Below, piece by piece: positions 1 to 11,957 of a DNA stretch of 64,000 nt (positions within the stretch are counted from its first letter, which is position 1; every line of letters begins with the position of its first letter). This DNA comes from Octopus vulgaris (Eukaryota). A program made the position numbers and the translations under genes. The notes beneath the pieces were generated by a model. That model saw nothing but the letters and a program-made list of their open reading frames with translations. It did no database searches and was not told the origin of the DNA. The stretch is taken from positions 9,982,001-10,046,000 of the forward strand of contig OX597830.1 in assembly GCA_951406725.2 (NCBI GenBank), in the 5' to 3' direction.

Positions 1-12
1 TTGACTATCCTA

Positions 13-75
<63 letters not shown>

Positions 76-94
76 CATTATTATTATTATTATT

Positions 95-551
95 GAGTGA
101 GAGAGCAGTTCATGCCATCAAAGTGACACTGGGGTAAAATATACGAAGCCCAATATACCCATCATGACTACCCGTCTGATAACAGCACATGACCTTGCAG
201 GTGGGGCCCAGTTAGAATTTTCTTCTGGTCGGGTAGCCGATTTTGCTCAAAAGGTCCCTGAATAAGGTTTGTTTAAGGATGTTGAAAGAACCACCCATGT
301 TTCCAGAGGTGAATTATTCAACCCCAAAAAATCCCTCTCAAAACATGGCTATGATGCTCCCCCACTACTTCTGCTCGTGATCAGAGATGCACTTATCGTC
401 AGCCACTGAGGGACATGCTCAACTGGTTAAGGTCAAACAACTGACAAGCAAATCTGTGGTATTGAGCAGAATATTTGCGTAAGCCCATCTTTTATACCAA
501 GACAAAACAATGTACATGATAACACTTGCAATCAGTTAAGATCAGAAGCCT
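95..551. mobile_element. Copy 1 of the ~555-bp (ATT)n-embedded interspersed element (internal deletion near 180)
   Basis: Starts GAGTGAGAGAGCAGTTCATGCCATCAAAGTGACAC, near-identical to 13515-14068 and 60844-61351; flanked on both sides by (ATT)n. Confidence 0.85.
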
Positions 552-554
552 GTA

Positions 555-602
<48 letters not shown>

Positions 603-929
603 TATTACTGCTTCCATAGAATACGACTGTATGCGGATATCGATTAGTTGCAGTTTACTGGATGTATTTTCTCAAAACTGGAAACCGGAGTGCAAAGCGT
701 TTTCGAATTTAGCAAATATGAACACAATGGTATTACTAAACAGCTTGAACTCTCTGCAAGTGCAGATTCATCAAAATCCCGTTGGTTAAACCTTTATCTA
801 AGGCGATTATTCAGCGAAATTATTTTTATTCCATAGTCGTTTCCGTTTGTACATCATTGTTAGTGGATTTCGCACCACGAACAGGGGCAATGTGACACAG
901 AATATAAGGATTTAACATTCATGCATGAT

Positions 930-1085
930 TGTGTGGTTAAGAGGGTCACTTTGTAATCAGGTAGCTGGAAGTTCGCATCCACTGTACAGCACTTTCAGCG
1001 AATGGCTTCTACTCTAGCCACGAAGCCGGCAAATATTTGCCCAGTGAGCAGATGTGATCGACTTTTGTAAGTCCATCGCATATGT
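930..1085 (+). mobile_element. Degraded tRNA/CORE-type SINE 5' part
   Basis: GTGTGGTTAAG...GTTCGCATCCACTG...TTCTACTCTAGCC resembles the head seen at 59725 and (minus) 53655-53790. Confidence 0.5.
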
Positions 1086-1104
1086 ATGTATATGTATGTG
1101 TACG

Positions 1105-1158
<54 letters not shown>

Positions 1159-1182
1159 ATATATATATATATATGTATATAT

Positions 1183-1500
1183 GGAAAGTTTACGAAAAAA
1201 ACAAGAAACGAAGACAGGTTTTGTACAAAACAAACAGATGTATTAGTATAACGCTCAGGAATAGAAAAAGTCTTTTACGTTTCGAGCCTACGCTCTTCTA
1301 CAGAAAGAGACACATAAAAAAACAAGGAGAGAAAAAATGTGTGTAGTGTCTAACGATCTATCATGGCGACTAGTGCCGGACAGAAGGTGTCAGACAGGAG
1401 AGGGGAAAGTAGGGGAGATAACAAGGTAAAGGTGACCCCTAACACAAAGGTGCCCCCAAAACAAATGTGCGTGTTTGTATAAGAGAATATGTACGTGCGT
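1183..1500 (-). mobile_element. Penelope-like terminal repeat fragment between (TA)n tracts, with a hammerhead-like motif at 1271-1308
   Basis: Reverse complement closely matches 10440-10615; minus strand reads TCTTT CTGTAGA A GAGC GTAG GCTC GAA ACGT A AAAGA. Confidence 0.65.
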
Positions 1501-1702
1501 GTGAAAGAGGGCTGGTGGTCTGGACGTGTATATATATAGATACATACATACACGACACACACAAATATATACACACAAACATATATATGTATAAATATAT
1601 ATACATGTCTCTGTGTATGTGCGTGTGCGTATATATATACGTACATACATTTATATATATGCATGTCTGTGTGTGTGAGGGTGCGTGTATGTATATATAT
1701 AT

Positions 1703-1900
1703 TCTTTTATTCTTTTACTTGTTTCAGTCATTTGACTGCGGCCATGCTGGAGCACTGCCTTTAGTCGAACAAATCGACCCCAGGACTTATTCTTTGTAAG
1801 CATAGTTCTTATTCTGTCGCTCCTTTTTGGCGAACCGCTAAGTTACGGGGAGGTAAACACGCCAGCGTCGGTTCTCAAGCGATGTTGGAGGGACAAACAC
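1703..1900 (-). mobile_element. SINE 3' module ending in a CR1-like LINE tail
   Basis: Reverse complement of ...CTTAGCGGTTCG...TCCAGCATGGCCGCAGTCAAATGACTGAAACAAGTAAAAGA, the same as 59880-60062. Confidence 0.8.
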
Positions 1901-2256
1901 ACACACACAAACATATACACAGATACATACATATATATATATATATTTAAATGGATGACTGAATTATCCTTTGTTTACCGTTAACCTGGAAATTTCAATA
2001 AACAGTTACCAGGGTAGCAAAATTCACGCAAGTAAGACGGATGAAGCGACCTATTCAAAGGTAGAAACTCCGGGTTAATGTGCAGTAATTTGTGTATTAT
2101 AAGTAAATAAATGGAGTTGAACGAAGATGTTATTAAAATTCTTTTACTTTCGACATATGTTTCGAAGACAACATGGTTTTATTCCAAAGGAATATACATA
2201 CATGTGACGGATTTTCAGTTTCCGTTTAACAAATCCAATCACAATGCATACATACA

Positions 2257-2339
<83 letters not shown>

Positions 2340-2380
2340 GTATATATATATATATATAATAGTGCATAAGCGATTTAAGT

Positions 2381-2824
2381 ATTTATACACGAAAGAGGTG
2401 ATCTTTGCCAAGACACTTTACATGCTAGAAAGGGCAGTTAAAGCCTAAACGACGAATAAATGGAATTTCAAAGGGGAAGAAAATAAAAAGTATTTCTGTA
2501 GTTACCATCAATTTTGCTACTGAATCTAACTGCGCTTGCGCTGTGGATTCGAAAATTGTAATGTATAAGTATGCAACACGTATGTTTTCGGTGCTATTTG
2601 CTGCATAAATATGCATTAATTTTAGCGACCTCACTGATGAAGTACGGATGGCAAATTAATCTGTTTGCACATTGATACAGAAACTCGAGTTTGAGGGTTA
2701 CTACAAAAATATTTTTTATTTTCTTTCCCTTTGAAATTCCATTTATTCGTGGTTTGGGCTTTAACTGCCCTTTCTAGCATGTAAAGTGTCTTGGCAAAGG
2801 TCACCTCTTTCGTGTTTAAATACT
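2381..2824. repeat. Imperfect ~125-bp inverted repeat enclosing a hammerhead motif
   Basis: 2381-2506 (CACGAAAGAGGTGATCTTTGCCAAGACACTTTACATGCTAGAAAGGGCAG...) is the reverse complement of 2696-2824. Confidence 0.85.
2629..2696 (+). ncRNA. Type I hammerhead ribozyme motif (canonical core)
   Basis: Stem I CCTCA/TGAGG, core CTGATGA (2634-2640), long stem II (GTA/TAC, GCAAA/TTTGC), GAA (2680-2682), palindromic stem III ACTCGAGT, cleavage triplet GUU. Confidence 0.75.
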
Positions 2825-2922
2825 GAGATTATTTATACACTATTATATACGAAAATATGTTGCCACCAGTATGAAAATTATTCTAAATTTTCTGCCCTTC
2901 GTATTTTCACATACATACATGC

Positions 2923-3002
<80 letters not shown>

Positions 3003-3123
3003 TGCATATACACATATATGTGATAGATAATTTTGTCGCACATGTAGATGTATATATTAATAGTGAAATTTCCTCTGGGAGACGGACTGGCAGGCGGATA
3101 AATAGATAGATAGATAGATAGAT

Positions 3124-3186
<63 letters not shown>

Positions 3187-3460
3187 CGACAGACAGACGG
3201 GCAAACATGCATCTAGGAATACAGATAGGCAGCTGAATCTAGATGTAAATTTATGTAAGTTTATGTAAATACTTAACTTTGCAAGTACTAGAAACATGAA
3301 CATGACTGGATGCTTAATTGAATACGGATCCACAAAGAAGACTGAATAGGAGAGAAAATGAATGAAATGGGAATTAAAATTATTTTATAATAATGCATGC
3401 AGCATTTTGACCACATTTAGGAAATCATGAATCTATTGATGATTAATTAATATTTTATAT

Positions 3461-3514
<54 letters not shown>

Positions 3515-3516
3515 TA

Positions 3517-4310
3517 CTAGCATTAAAGACCCGTCGTTGCCGGGTCATAGTGCAAGTGCATGTATATATGTGTATATATATGTGTACATATTACATGTAC
3601 ATCTATATATATACATCTACACATTAAATGCAAAATACAAATTTATATCTTGATATCGCTAGTGATAACAATACTCAAAATATATAATAAACTGGAATTG
3701 TTACCTCTTCTTTTTCTCTACATTGTATACTTTATAGACAATAGTCTTTTCTTTAATTTAATTTTTTATTATCCATCTGGACTATTCCATTTCTGCACGC
3801 TAATCATATTTTTAATTTATTCCCATTCCCATTCATGTGAAACCATTTATTCAAGCTCAAATCATTGAAGCAATTTTATACAATTGCTATTTTTAATTTT
3901 GTATGTTACGATTATATTATATTTTAGTTTGATTTTAATTATTACTTACTACATATAATTCAATTGTTATTATTATTTTTATTGTTAAAGTGAAAGCATC
4001 TGACATAAAATAGAGAAATATTTTTGTTTCACTTTTAACACGTAATACTGAAATAGTGGAGAAGATATGATATTGCTATAGGTTCGCTCTAGGTTAGAAG
4101 TTGAACTTTATTTTTGCCCATGAAACTATATGGAGCCTAAGTAAGGCATGTGTAAAATTTGAATGAAATTGGTTGTGTAGTTCTCAAGTTTTAGGGAATC
4201 GTATTGGAGAAGATATGATATTGCTCTGGGCTCGCCCTAGGCAAAAAGTTCTCAAGTTTTAGGGAAACACACAGACAGACACATATTCTCAACTTTTATA
4301 TATATAAAGA
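3517..4310 (-). mobile_element. Non-autonomous Helitron-type element
   Basis: Minus strand begins 5'-TC (4310) and ends CTAG-3' (3520-3517); hairpin GACCCG-GCAACGA-CGGGTC lies 7 nt before the CTAG; inserted between A and T with no TSD; internal (CAGA)n near the 5' end. Confidence 0.8.
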
Positions 4311-4324
4311 TTGTTCTACCTTAT

Positions 4325-4475
4325 ATCTTGTTTTAGTCATTGGAAAGCAGTCGTGCTGGAGTATCGTGTTGCAGGGTGAAATCGAAAAATCATCCGCAAG
4401 ACTTATATCTAAGTCCGATATTCATTCTATCGTATCCATTTGCCGAACCACTTAGTTACAGGGACGTAAACAGCT
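4325..4475 (-). mobile_element. Degraded SINE 3' module followed by (CT)n(CA)n
   Basis: TTTGCCGAACCACTTAGTTACAGGGACGTAAAC matches the family at 1703-1900. Confidence 0.6.
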
Positions 4476-4481
4476 CTACTT

Positions 4482-4575
<94 letters not shown>

Positions 4576-4799
4576 TGTTTGGAAATTTGAATCTAACTTC
4601 ACAACAGAAAATGAGATTAAATATATGAGGTGGGAACGAAAATCTAGCCTACAAATGTCTCGTGGGTGAATTTTGTAGATGGGAACTGAACTGAAGCGCG
4701 TCATATAAATATATATATATACGTGTATGTGAGTGTATATTAATATAAGGCACCTGCGCGCTTTTGTGTGTTTCTAATTTCTTTCAAAATGGTATTATT

Positions 4800-4960
4800 T
4801 TATTTATGCTGTCCGTAACTTAGTGGATCGTCAAGTAGAGAATTGATCAAATATGTACCAGACATAAAACGAGGCTAGAGAGTCCGATTTTTTCGGCTAA
4901 ATTCTTGAAAGAGCTGCTCCAGCATGGCGGCAGTCCAATGATTGAAAACAGTGGAATAAC
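4800..4960 (+). mobile_element. Degraded SINE 3' module
   Basis: CCGTAACTTAGTGG...GCTCCAGCATGGCGGCAGTCCAATGATTGAAAAC. Confidence 0.6.
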
Positions 4961-6176
4961 AAAAGACTATATCAAAATTTAACAAAATAACAACAAAAAA
5001 AATGCATAAATAAATGAAATTATATTTCGTAATTCCAATTTTCATTGATTCATCATATTTTGAAAGTGTGGTGAAGAGTAGCACCTATTTTCATCATCTT
5101 AATGCGTTTATGAACTTGTTGGAAGTATTTTGTAACAATTACGAACTCCGGAGAATTGCGGTACCCCACAGGGAAGAGTGTCGTCTGGGAAACCTATATC
5201 CGGCAGGCAGAGCTGATTGAAGACTTTATATTTCACTAACGTCAGTAAATATGAGAGTAAAACTATGAATTGAACAAATTGTTATATTCTACCCTTCTAT
5301 TAAATAATTTAGAACATTTATTACGCGTCAAAAGAAACCTATATTAGAAAAAAAATAATTTAAATTACACATCTTTAATATAAATTTTCTTAGCCATCAT
5401 TTTATTTATTTTTTTTTTTTACTCAAATCTATTTATCTCATATTTAGAATTTTCAGAAATAAACGATCGCTGTCAGCTTCCCTCGTCAGCAAGAAATACT
5501 TCATTAGCGCTATTTAGATAAAGTCTTAATTAATTCAGTATCTTTTCGAACCGAAATAAAATTCGGTCTGGTGATACCGAAATATAACATGGCTACGAGG
5601 TTAGCACTTACAGATAACATGTAGGTTACGTAAGTAACTCCGCTGTTATAATTCAATCCATTTCTTTAATGTATCTATCATTAAACGTCATTAGAAAGTC
5701 ATTGATGTAGCATCGCGGTTCACAGATGAGAATAAATTCACTTCGTTATCAATGCTTAATGCTTTAATTTTATTATCTATTTATTTTTTTTTTATCAGCG
5801 TGATGAGATTAAATGGCTAATGCAATTTCCGTATGATTTAACAAAACTTGCTGGGATCTTACATAACCATATTTCATTTTACTTTTTAGAAGCTTTTACG
5901 TCAATTTGTTTTCCACGTAGCAACCACCACGTGATGGCGTCTAACTTTGGTAACGTAGTGTAGATATGTGTTCCCTTCTCGAGGAAGAACAATGATTGAT
6001 ACATTTAAAAGTAATGTTTTAATGGGAACCGCTATATTTAAGGCATACAGAATTCATAAACATATATGTGAACTAGCATGTTCCTCTTCTTAATTAGAAT
6101 TTAAGAATTTAGTTTGGTCAGATAAATACTCGATAACAAAGGTATGTTTTGGTTAAGGTATATATATATATATATA

Positions 6177-6340
6177 CGATAGGATTCTTTCAGTTTCCCT
6201 CTACCAAATCTACTCACAAGATTTTGATCGGTCCGAGCCTATAGTAGAAGATACCTGCCCAAGGTGCCACACAGTGGAACCGAACCCCAAACTATGTAAC
6301 AGGCTTGATTTCCAGCCTGTTACCGCATACCCAAGCCTGT
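6177..6340 (-). mobile_element. tRNA-derived CORE-type SINE head
   Basis: TTTCAGTTTCC..CTACCAAATCTACTCACAAG...CCTGCCCAAGGTGCCAC; reverse strand has a GGTTC B-box-like motif and CCTTGGGCAGGT. Confidence 0.75.
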
Positions 6341-6343
6341 GCC

Positions 6344-6399
<56 letters not shown>

Positions 6400-6467
6400 A
6401 AGAGAGAGAGAGATTGATAGATACATACATACATACGTGTGAGTGGGTGTTTTTATATATGTATGTA

Positions 6468-6534
<67 letters not shown>

Positions 6535-6683
6535 TTATATATATATATATATATGTTTGTGTGTGTGTGTACATATGTATATATGTATATACGATATTTA
6601 TACACAAAGGGTTTGTAGAAAGCTATGTAAAAATGTGAAATTAGTTAATGTTGGAACAGAGAGTAAATACGAAACCAGCTTAC

Positions 6684-6738
6684 AATATCTGACACATGCA
6701 CACCAAAATAGAAAGGCGATTATATAACCAGAATCCAT
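6684..6738 (-). CDS. Candidate first coding exon of a host secreted or membrane protein (MDSGYIIAFLFWCACVRY + 1 nt)
   Basis: ATG in CCATGG context, hydrophobic signal-like stretch, 55 nt followed by a GTAAG donor (phase 1), in non-repetitive DNA; acceptor near 6764 is weak. Confidence 0.35.
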
Positions 6739-7498
6739 GGAAACGATATCACTGAATGTTCAGCTATGTCTATTTATTTATTAATAAATATTTAAGACAA
6801 AAAATAAGCCACAAAATTTTCTCCAATTTAAAATTTTCATTACTGAGTCTAGTGATACGGTGTATATTCTTGCAACACTACACCCAACCGTTCCTAAATG
6901 CAGTTCTACAGCGAAGCTATCGTTTATACATTTCGCATACTTCTAAGAGAGATCAATTTTCGTTATTTATTTTGCCGTTGTTGACATTAGTTATTAATCA
7001 ACTTGCACCTGTTTTGACTGGAACACTGATCTTTCGAATTTACTATAGCGTGCGGTCTACTTGTATAATACTTACATTGTTCCAGTAGACCGCACACCGT
7101 AGTGTAAGCAGTGGCCCTGTAAACAGCTAACTACAGCATAAATGGCTTAGCAGACCACATACATACACACAATCAAACACACACACACACATATATATAT
7201 ACATACATACACATGCATACTTTGTCATGTGGTGTGATGTCATATTTGCGTTATAGTATGGTGTTTACAGCACCAATTACAGCACAGTGTGCGGTGTAAT
7301 GGAACAATATACATGTCGACCGCACACTGCATTGAATCGTTTAGGGTTTAATTATACAGGGTGCTCTGTTGGTAATGGTATGTGTGTGTGTGATTGTTTG
7401 TGCATTTATATATAATTTTATATACATATACGTACATAAGGCACATGAAGATACATACATATATGTGGTAGGAGACTTCATATGCTATAGCAAATACA

Positions 7499-7556
<58 letters not shown>

Positions 7557-7614
7557 TATATATATATGTATATATATGGACATATATACATATATATATT
7601 TGTGTATGCCTGTG

Positions 7615-7669
<55 letters not shown>

Positions 7670-8424
7670 ATATGTATACATGCATACACACATGCTTACA
7701 TACATGCATATATACATGTTTTGCTAGACTTCATGCCATGCCATAGCGACAATATTCCTCTAATCCGTTCTTTATAGTGTGAATGGTCCTTAACAATTGA
7801 TTATACAAATAGTTTGTATGTTAATTACATGATGTTATGAGAATAATTAGCTAATAAGGTGTTACAATAATGGTACCCTAATAAGCAGTTAATGAAATGT
7901 GATAATAATTAATGAGTAAAAGTAAACGTGACAATAGCACTTTAGTACATGTTTTACTACTAAAGCTTACCGTGTTTCATAACTTCACCTAGTTTTAAAT
8001 AAATTTAAGTAGTCACCACTAGAAATAAGCATTGAAGTTTATTTAAGTCAGTGGGGAAGGCAGTGCCTGAATGAGAACTGTTAATTATTCAATGCTCAGA
8101 GATCTTAATTACTGAATTAGTGACCCTTTAAACCAAGGGTGATCTAAATTGTACTGTATTATTAATAAACTAAACCGAGTGTGGAAAACTTTTCGTGTAG
8201 GAAGGAGTGAATTACAAGTGCTTAAGTATCTGATAAATTGCCTCTATACTGAGAAACAACATTGCGAACTTTCAATTTTACGAAAAAATATCTACGTGAC
8301 TTATATTGAATTACTGGTTTTCATGAAACCTGTTTGTTTCCATAAGAGCTTTTACAAACCTCAATTAAAAACAACTGAGTCCATCGAGATATCGTCCGTG
8401 TAGATGATGCGTTCTCATCTTGAA

Positions 8425-8624
8425 GGCGGCGAGCTGGCAGAACCGTTAGCACGCCGGGCGAAATGCGTAGCCGTATTTCGTCTGCCGTTACGTTGTGAGT
8501 TCAAATTCCGCCGATGTCGTCTTTGCCTTTCATCCTTTCGGGGTCGATGTAATCGACTTAATCCGTTTGTCTGTCCTTGTTTGTCCTCTCTATGTTTAGC
8601 CCCTTGTTCGTAGTAAAGAAACAG
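8425..8624 (+). mobile_element. tRNA-derived SINE with a MetaSINE-like central domain
   Basis: A-box-like TGGCAGAACCGTTAG, B-box-like GAGTTCAAATTCC, GCCTTTCATCCTTTCGGGGTCGAT. Confidence 0.85.
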
Positions 8625-10402
8625 ATGCCTTCTAGTCTTTTCTCTCACTTGGGACTTCTCGAAGCACACCTTTTAATTTCAATGAAATTCGATCGAAACT
8701 TAAATAAGTGCTTGATTAACGGTGCTTCACATAGGTGTACGGTACGTCGTAGGAATTATTCATGGTCCAACCAGTTTCTAGGACAACCGCGAGTGAGAAA
8801 TAAACTCGAGTTAATGAACTTTAGCTATTACATGGCCGCTTAAGTACAGAAGAAGAGATGATGTAGTGTTAAAGCTTATAACATATTATAAAATACGGAA
8901 TCACACTTCTGTCTTGGTCCGGTAGCAATTCTACCAGAAATATCTTGTAAAACCTCTAGCGAGTTTTCGTTTAGCGGAGTATGGACCCAAAATAATCTAC
9001 ACAGTTTGCATTATCACAAAACTGTAAGGCTTCATTTCCGGCTTGCTTTTAGTAGAACAGCTAATCCAGTTACAGCAATTTGTTCACGTCATAAGCACTT
9101 GGTGTTGCTAATATTTTAGAGAACGCATTGTGTCTTTTACACCATCCCACCGGAGAATTAGTCAAATGTCTAACTTAAATCTCGTGGACATACAATTCTC
9201 TTTTATTCCAGTTTCCCTTTACTGAAACAGAAGCCAAAGTGGGGAAGAGACATGTAGATTACATCTTTATATTTGGTCCTAGCATCTTGCACGTTGGATA
9301 ATGTAACCCTGAGTTCTCTGAACATTGAGAAAAGACGGGATGGTCATAGATTTACTTCGATCATAGACCTGATCAAGCAGAGCTACGATCTGAACGTCAA
9401 TCAGTAACGTCAATGGAAGCAATTTCTCTTTTACGTATGACATCGATTAACAGACAAATCGAACTTATGAAATAGGGTTATGAACCGCAATAAATCTATC
9501 GGGCATTTATTCAAAATCTAAATATAAAATTCAACATTGAATATACTCTCTTGTGTTGCCAAAAACTAAAAAATAAATAAATAAAGAGTCAAAATTATTG
9601 AAAAGGTTGCAAGACGCAACGAAAATTTTAGGAAAATAAAAATAAGAAAAAAAAGTAGAAATTTTACCGGTGAGTGTGTTACATTATAAGGCACAAAAAG
9701 AAACTGACTCTCCCCAGACACAATAGAATATGCTTCAATACACGAACTCATATAAAGAATCTTGCAAACCAAATCCAAAACGAAAAATAAATGACAGATA
9801 TATCAAAATATAATATATTCAGCAACAGCAATAAATATCACCACGTTAACAACAATACGCACATGGAAACTGTGTACCAGTCGTAACAATTAGCAAATCT
9901 CTGCGTAGATATCAATCCAAAATATATCAGTCGTGTAAATAACATCATTCTGGCACTTCGTGGAGGAACAAAGACAATGATTATAAACTTGAGTTTGGTA
10001 AGAGACAGCCGTCGTCTTATTGTAAAGCTAAAACGCATAATGTCCTGAGGGATATAGAAGAATCGGAAACTTTATGGAAGTAATGTGCTTAACTTTTACT
10101 AAGATATATTTTGCTATTATATCGCAACGTCGATTGTTGTTGTCATGATGGCATTATTGAAATTGTTCTTGCTGTTGTTCTTTCTCTCGCTTCTGTTGCT
10201 GCTGATTATCCTGTTGTTGCTATTGTTGATATTGTCACTCCACTGTCAGCGATGCTGACACAACCACATTAATATCAATCAAGTCGATCAATTGATCTAA
10301 CTGTAGCGCGATCGTGGCAGGTGAATTAAGCGAGATCAACACTCATACATTAACATATATGCATGCATGCATGCATACATTATACATACATACACATATA
10401 TA

Positions 10403-10439
<37 letters not shown>

Positions 10440-10441
<2 letters not shown>

Positions 10442-10613
10442 TCTTTTCTCTCCTTTTTTTCTCTCCTTGTTTTTACTCTGTGTCCCTTTCTGTAGAAGAG
10501 CGTAGGCTCGAAACGTAAAAGAGTTTTTCTCTTCCTGAGCGTTATACTAATACATCTATTTGTTTTGTACACCACCTGTCTTCGTCTTTTGTTTTTTTTT
10601 CGTGAATTCTCCC

Positions 10614-10615
<2 letters not shown>
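10440..10615 (+). mobile_element. Penelope-like terminal repeat fragment with a hammerhead-like motif at 10486-10521
   Basis: CTTT CTGTAGA A GAGC GTAG GCTC GAA ACGT A AAAG; bounded by (TA)n; second copy at 1183-1500. Confidence 0.65.
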
Positions 10616-10654
<39 letters not shown>

Positions 10655-10661
<7 letters not shown>

Positions 10662-11105
10662 CAATTAGAGACAAAACCACTATTATGCAAATCAAACAAA
10701 GAAAGACTTAATCCAATACATAAACATTTTATATAAATTAAATAAAATTAAATTCGCCACTACAATTGTTTTGTGTCTCTTCTAAGGACATTCATCAGGT
10801 GGTATTCAGATCTTCTATTCAATTTTAAGTTATGAAGTCATAACTTCATAACTTAAAATTGAATAGAAGATCTGAATACCACCTGATGAATGTCCTTAGA
10901 AGAGACACAAACAATTGTAGTGAATTTAATTTTATTTAATTTATATAAAATTTTATGTATTGGATTAAGTCTTTCTTTGTTTGATTTGCATAATAGTGGT
11001 TTTGTCTCTAATTAATATTATATAATATTTTACTATAAAATTGGATTCAGTCCTAAATCTGATTTTTCCCTGTAAATTTGGATTTATTCCCTAATATTTA
11101 TTATT
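10655..11105. mobile_element. Fold-back element (~180-bp arms, centre ~10840) with two hammerhead motifs lacking G12
   Basis: 10655-10837 is the reverse complement of 10844-11022; motifs at 10757-10802 (-) and 10879-10922 (+): CCAC CTGATGA A TGTC..GACA C (A)AA ACAATTGT A GTG. Confidence 0.8.
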
Positions 11106-11119
11106 ATATATATATATAT

Positions 11120-11312
11120 GTAGGTCCCGGGTTGAGTCGGGGTTAACCACAGTAAATAAGGTACTCAATACATAGCAGACTAAATTAATTTATTTTATAG
11201 AAGGAGCTTCTACAGGACTAGAACTGTTTCATTCAAATGAAATCTTCAGGAAGCTCCTGAAGATTTCATCTGAATGAAACAGTTCTATTCCTGTAGAAGC
11301 TCCTTCTATAAA

Positions 11313-11317
<5 letters not shown>
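11120..11317. mobile_element. Fold-back element with back-to-back type I hammerheads
   Basis: Palindrome 11188-11317; minus 11206-11254 reads GCTTC CTGAAGA TTTCATTTGAAT GAA ACAG TTCTAGTC CTGT A GAAGC; plus copy at 11253-11300. Confidence 0.8.
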
Positions 11318-11343
<26 letters not shown>

Positions 11344-11957
11344 ATGCATGTATGTATAATATATATACATATGTACACAGATATACACGTACACATGCAC
11401 ATTCATAAATATATTTATATGTTCACCCATACATGTACACGACAGCGTTCCGTACATTTTCCACTTATTAAAATCATTCAACAGCGTTAGACAAAGTGCT
11501 GCACGATAAGATTGAACTCGAGACAACATGGTTCCGAAGCAGTCTTCTTATCCACACAGCCATTCATTGATAATACAAGCAACTGAACAGTATGTTGAAG
11601 AGAATTGGTTGCAATGATAGAGTTAGGTGTAATTAACCATTGTTTAATTAAGTCCCTAATGAACAATTCAATAACGGACTCAGAGAAGAATGTTTACACT
11701 GGCCAACTTGCGAGAGATTTCCATTATTTCATGATAGAATTAGGACGAACATTTCAATGTTATCGAGCGTAGATACAAACGAGTGGTTAAGAAGACAGCT
11801 TTGGAACTATGTGGTCGTTGGTTTGCTCCTAGATCGGGAGACATTTTGGGGTGATCGTCTTTTACTGTCCACAAGCTAATACGAGAAAAAATGGTGGACG
11901 GAATCAGCGTGGAGCCTGTTACTAGAGTCGTAAGAGCTAGAGTGTAGTCGAATGAAT

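Noticed and set aside
5612-5642. Possible minus-strand micro-exon (CAG..GTAAGT) downstream of the candidate signal exon
   Set aside because: In-frame TAA if joined in phase 1
8425-8510. tRNA genes at SINE heads (also 37583, 39603, 54423)
   Set aside because: A/B boxes only; no full cloverleaf, and each continues into a repeated SINE body
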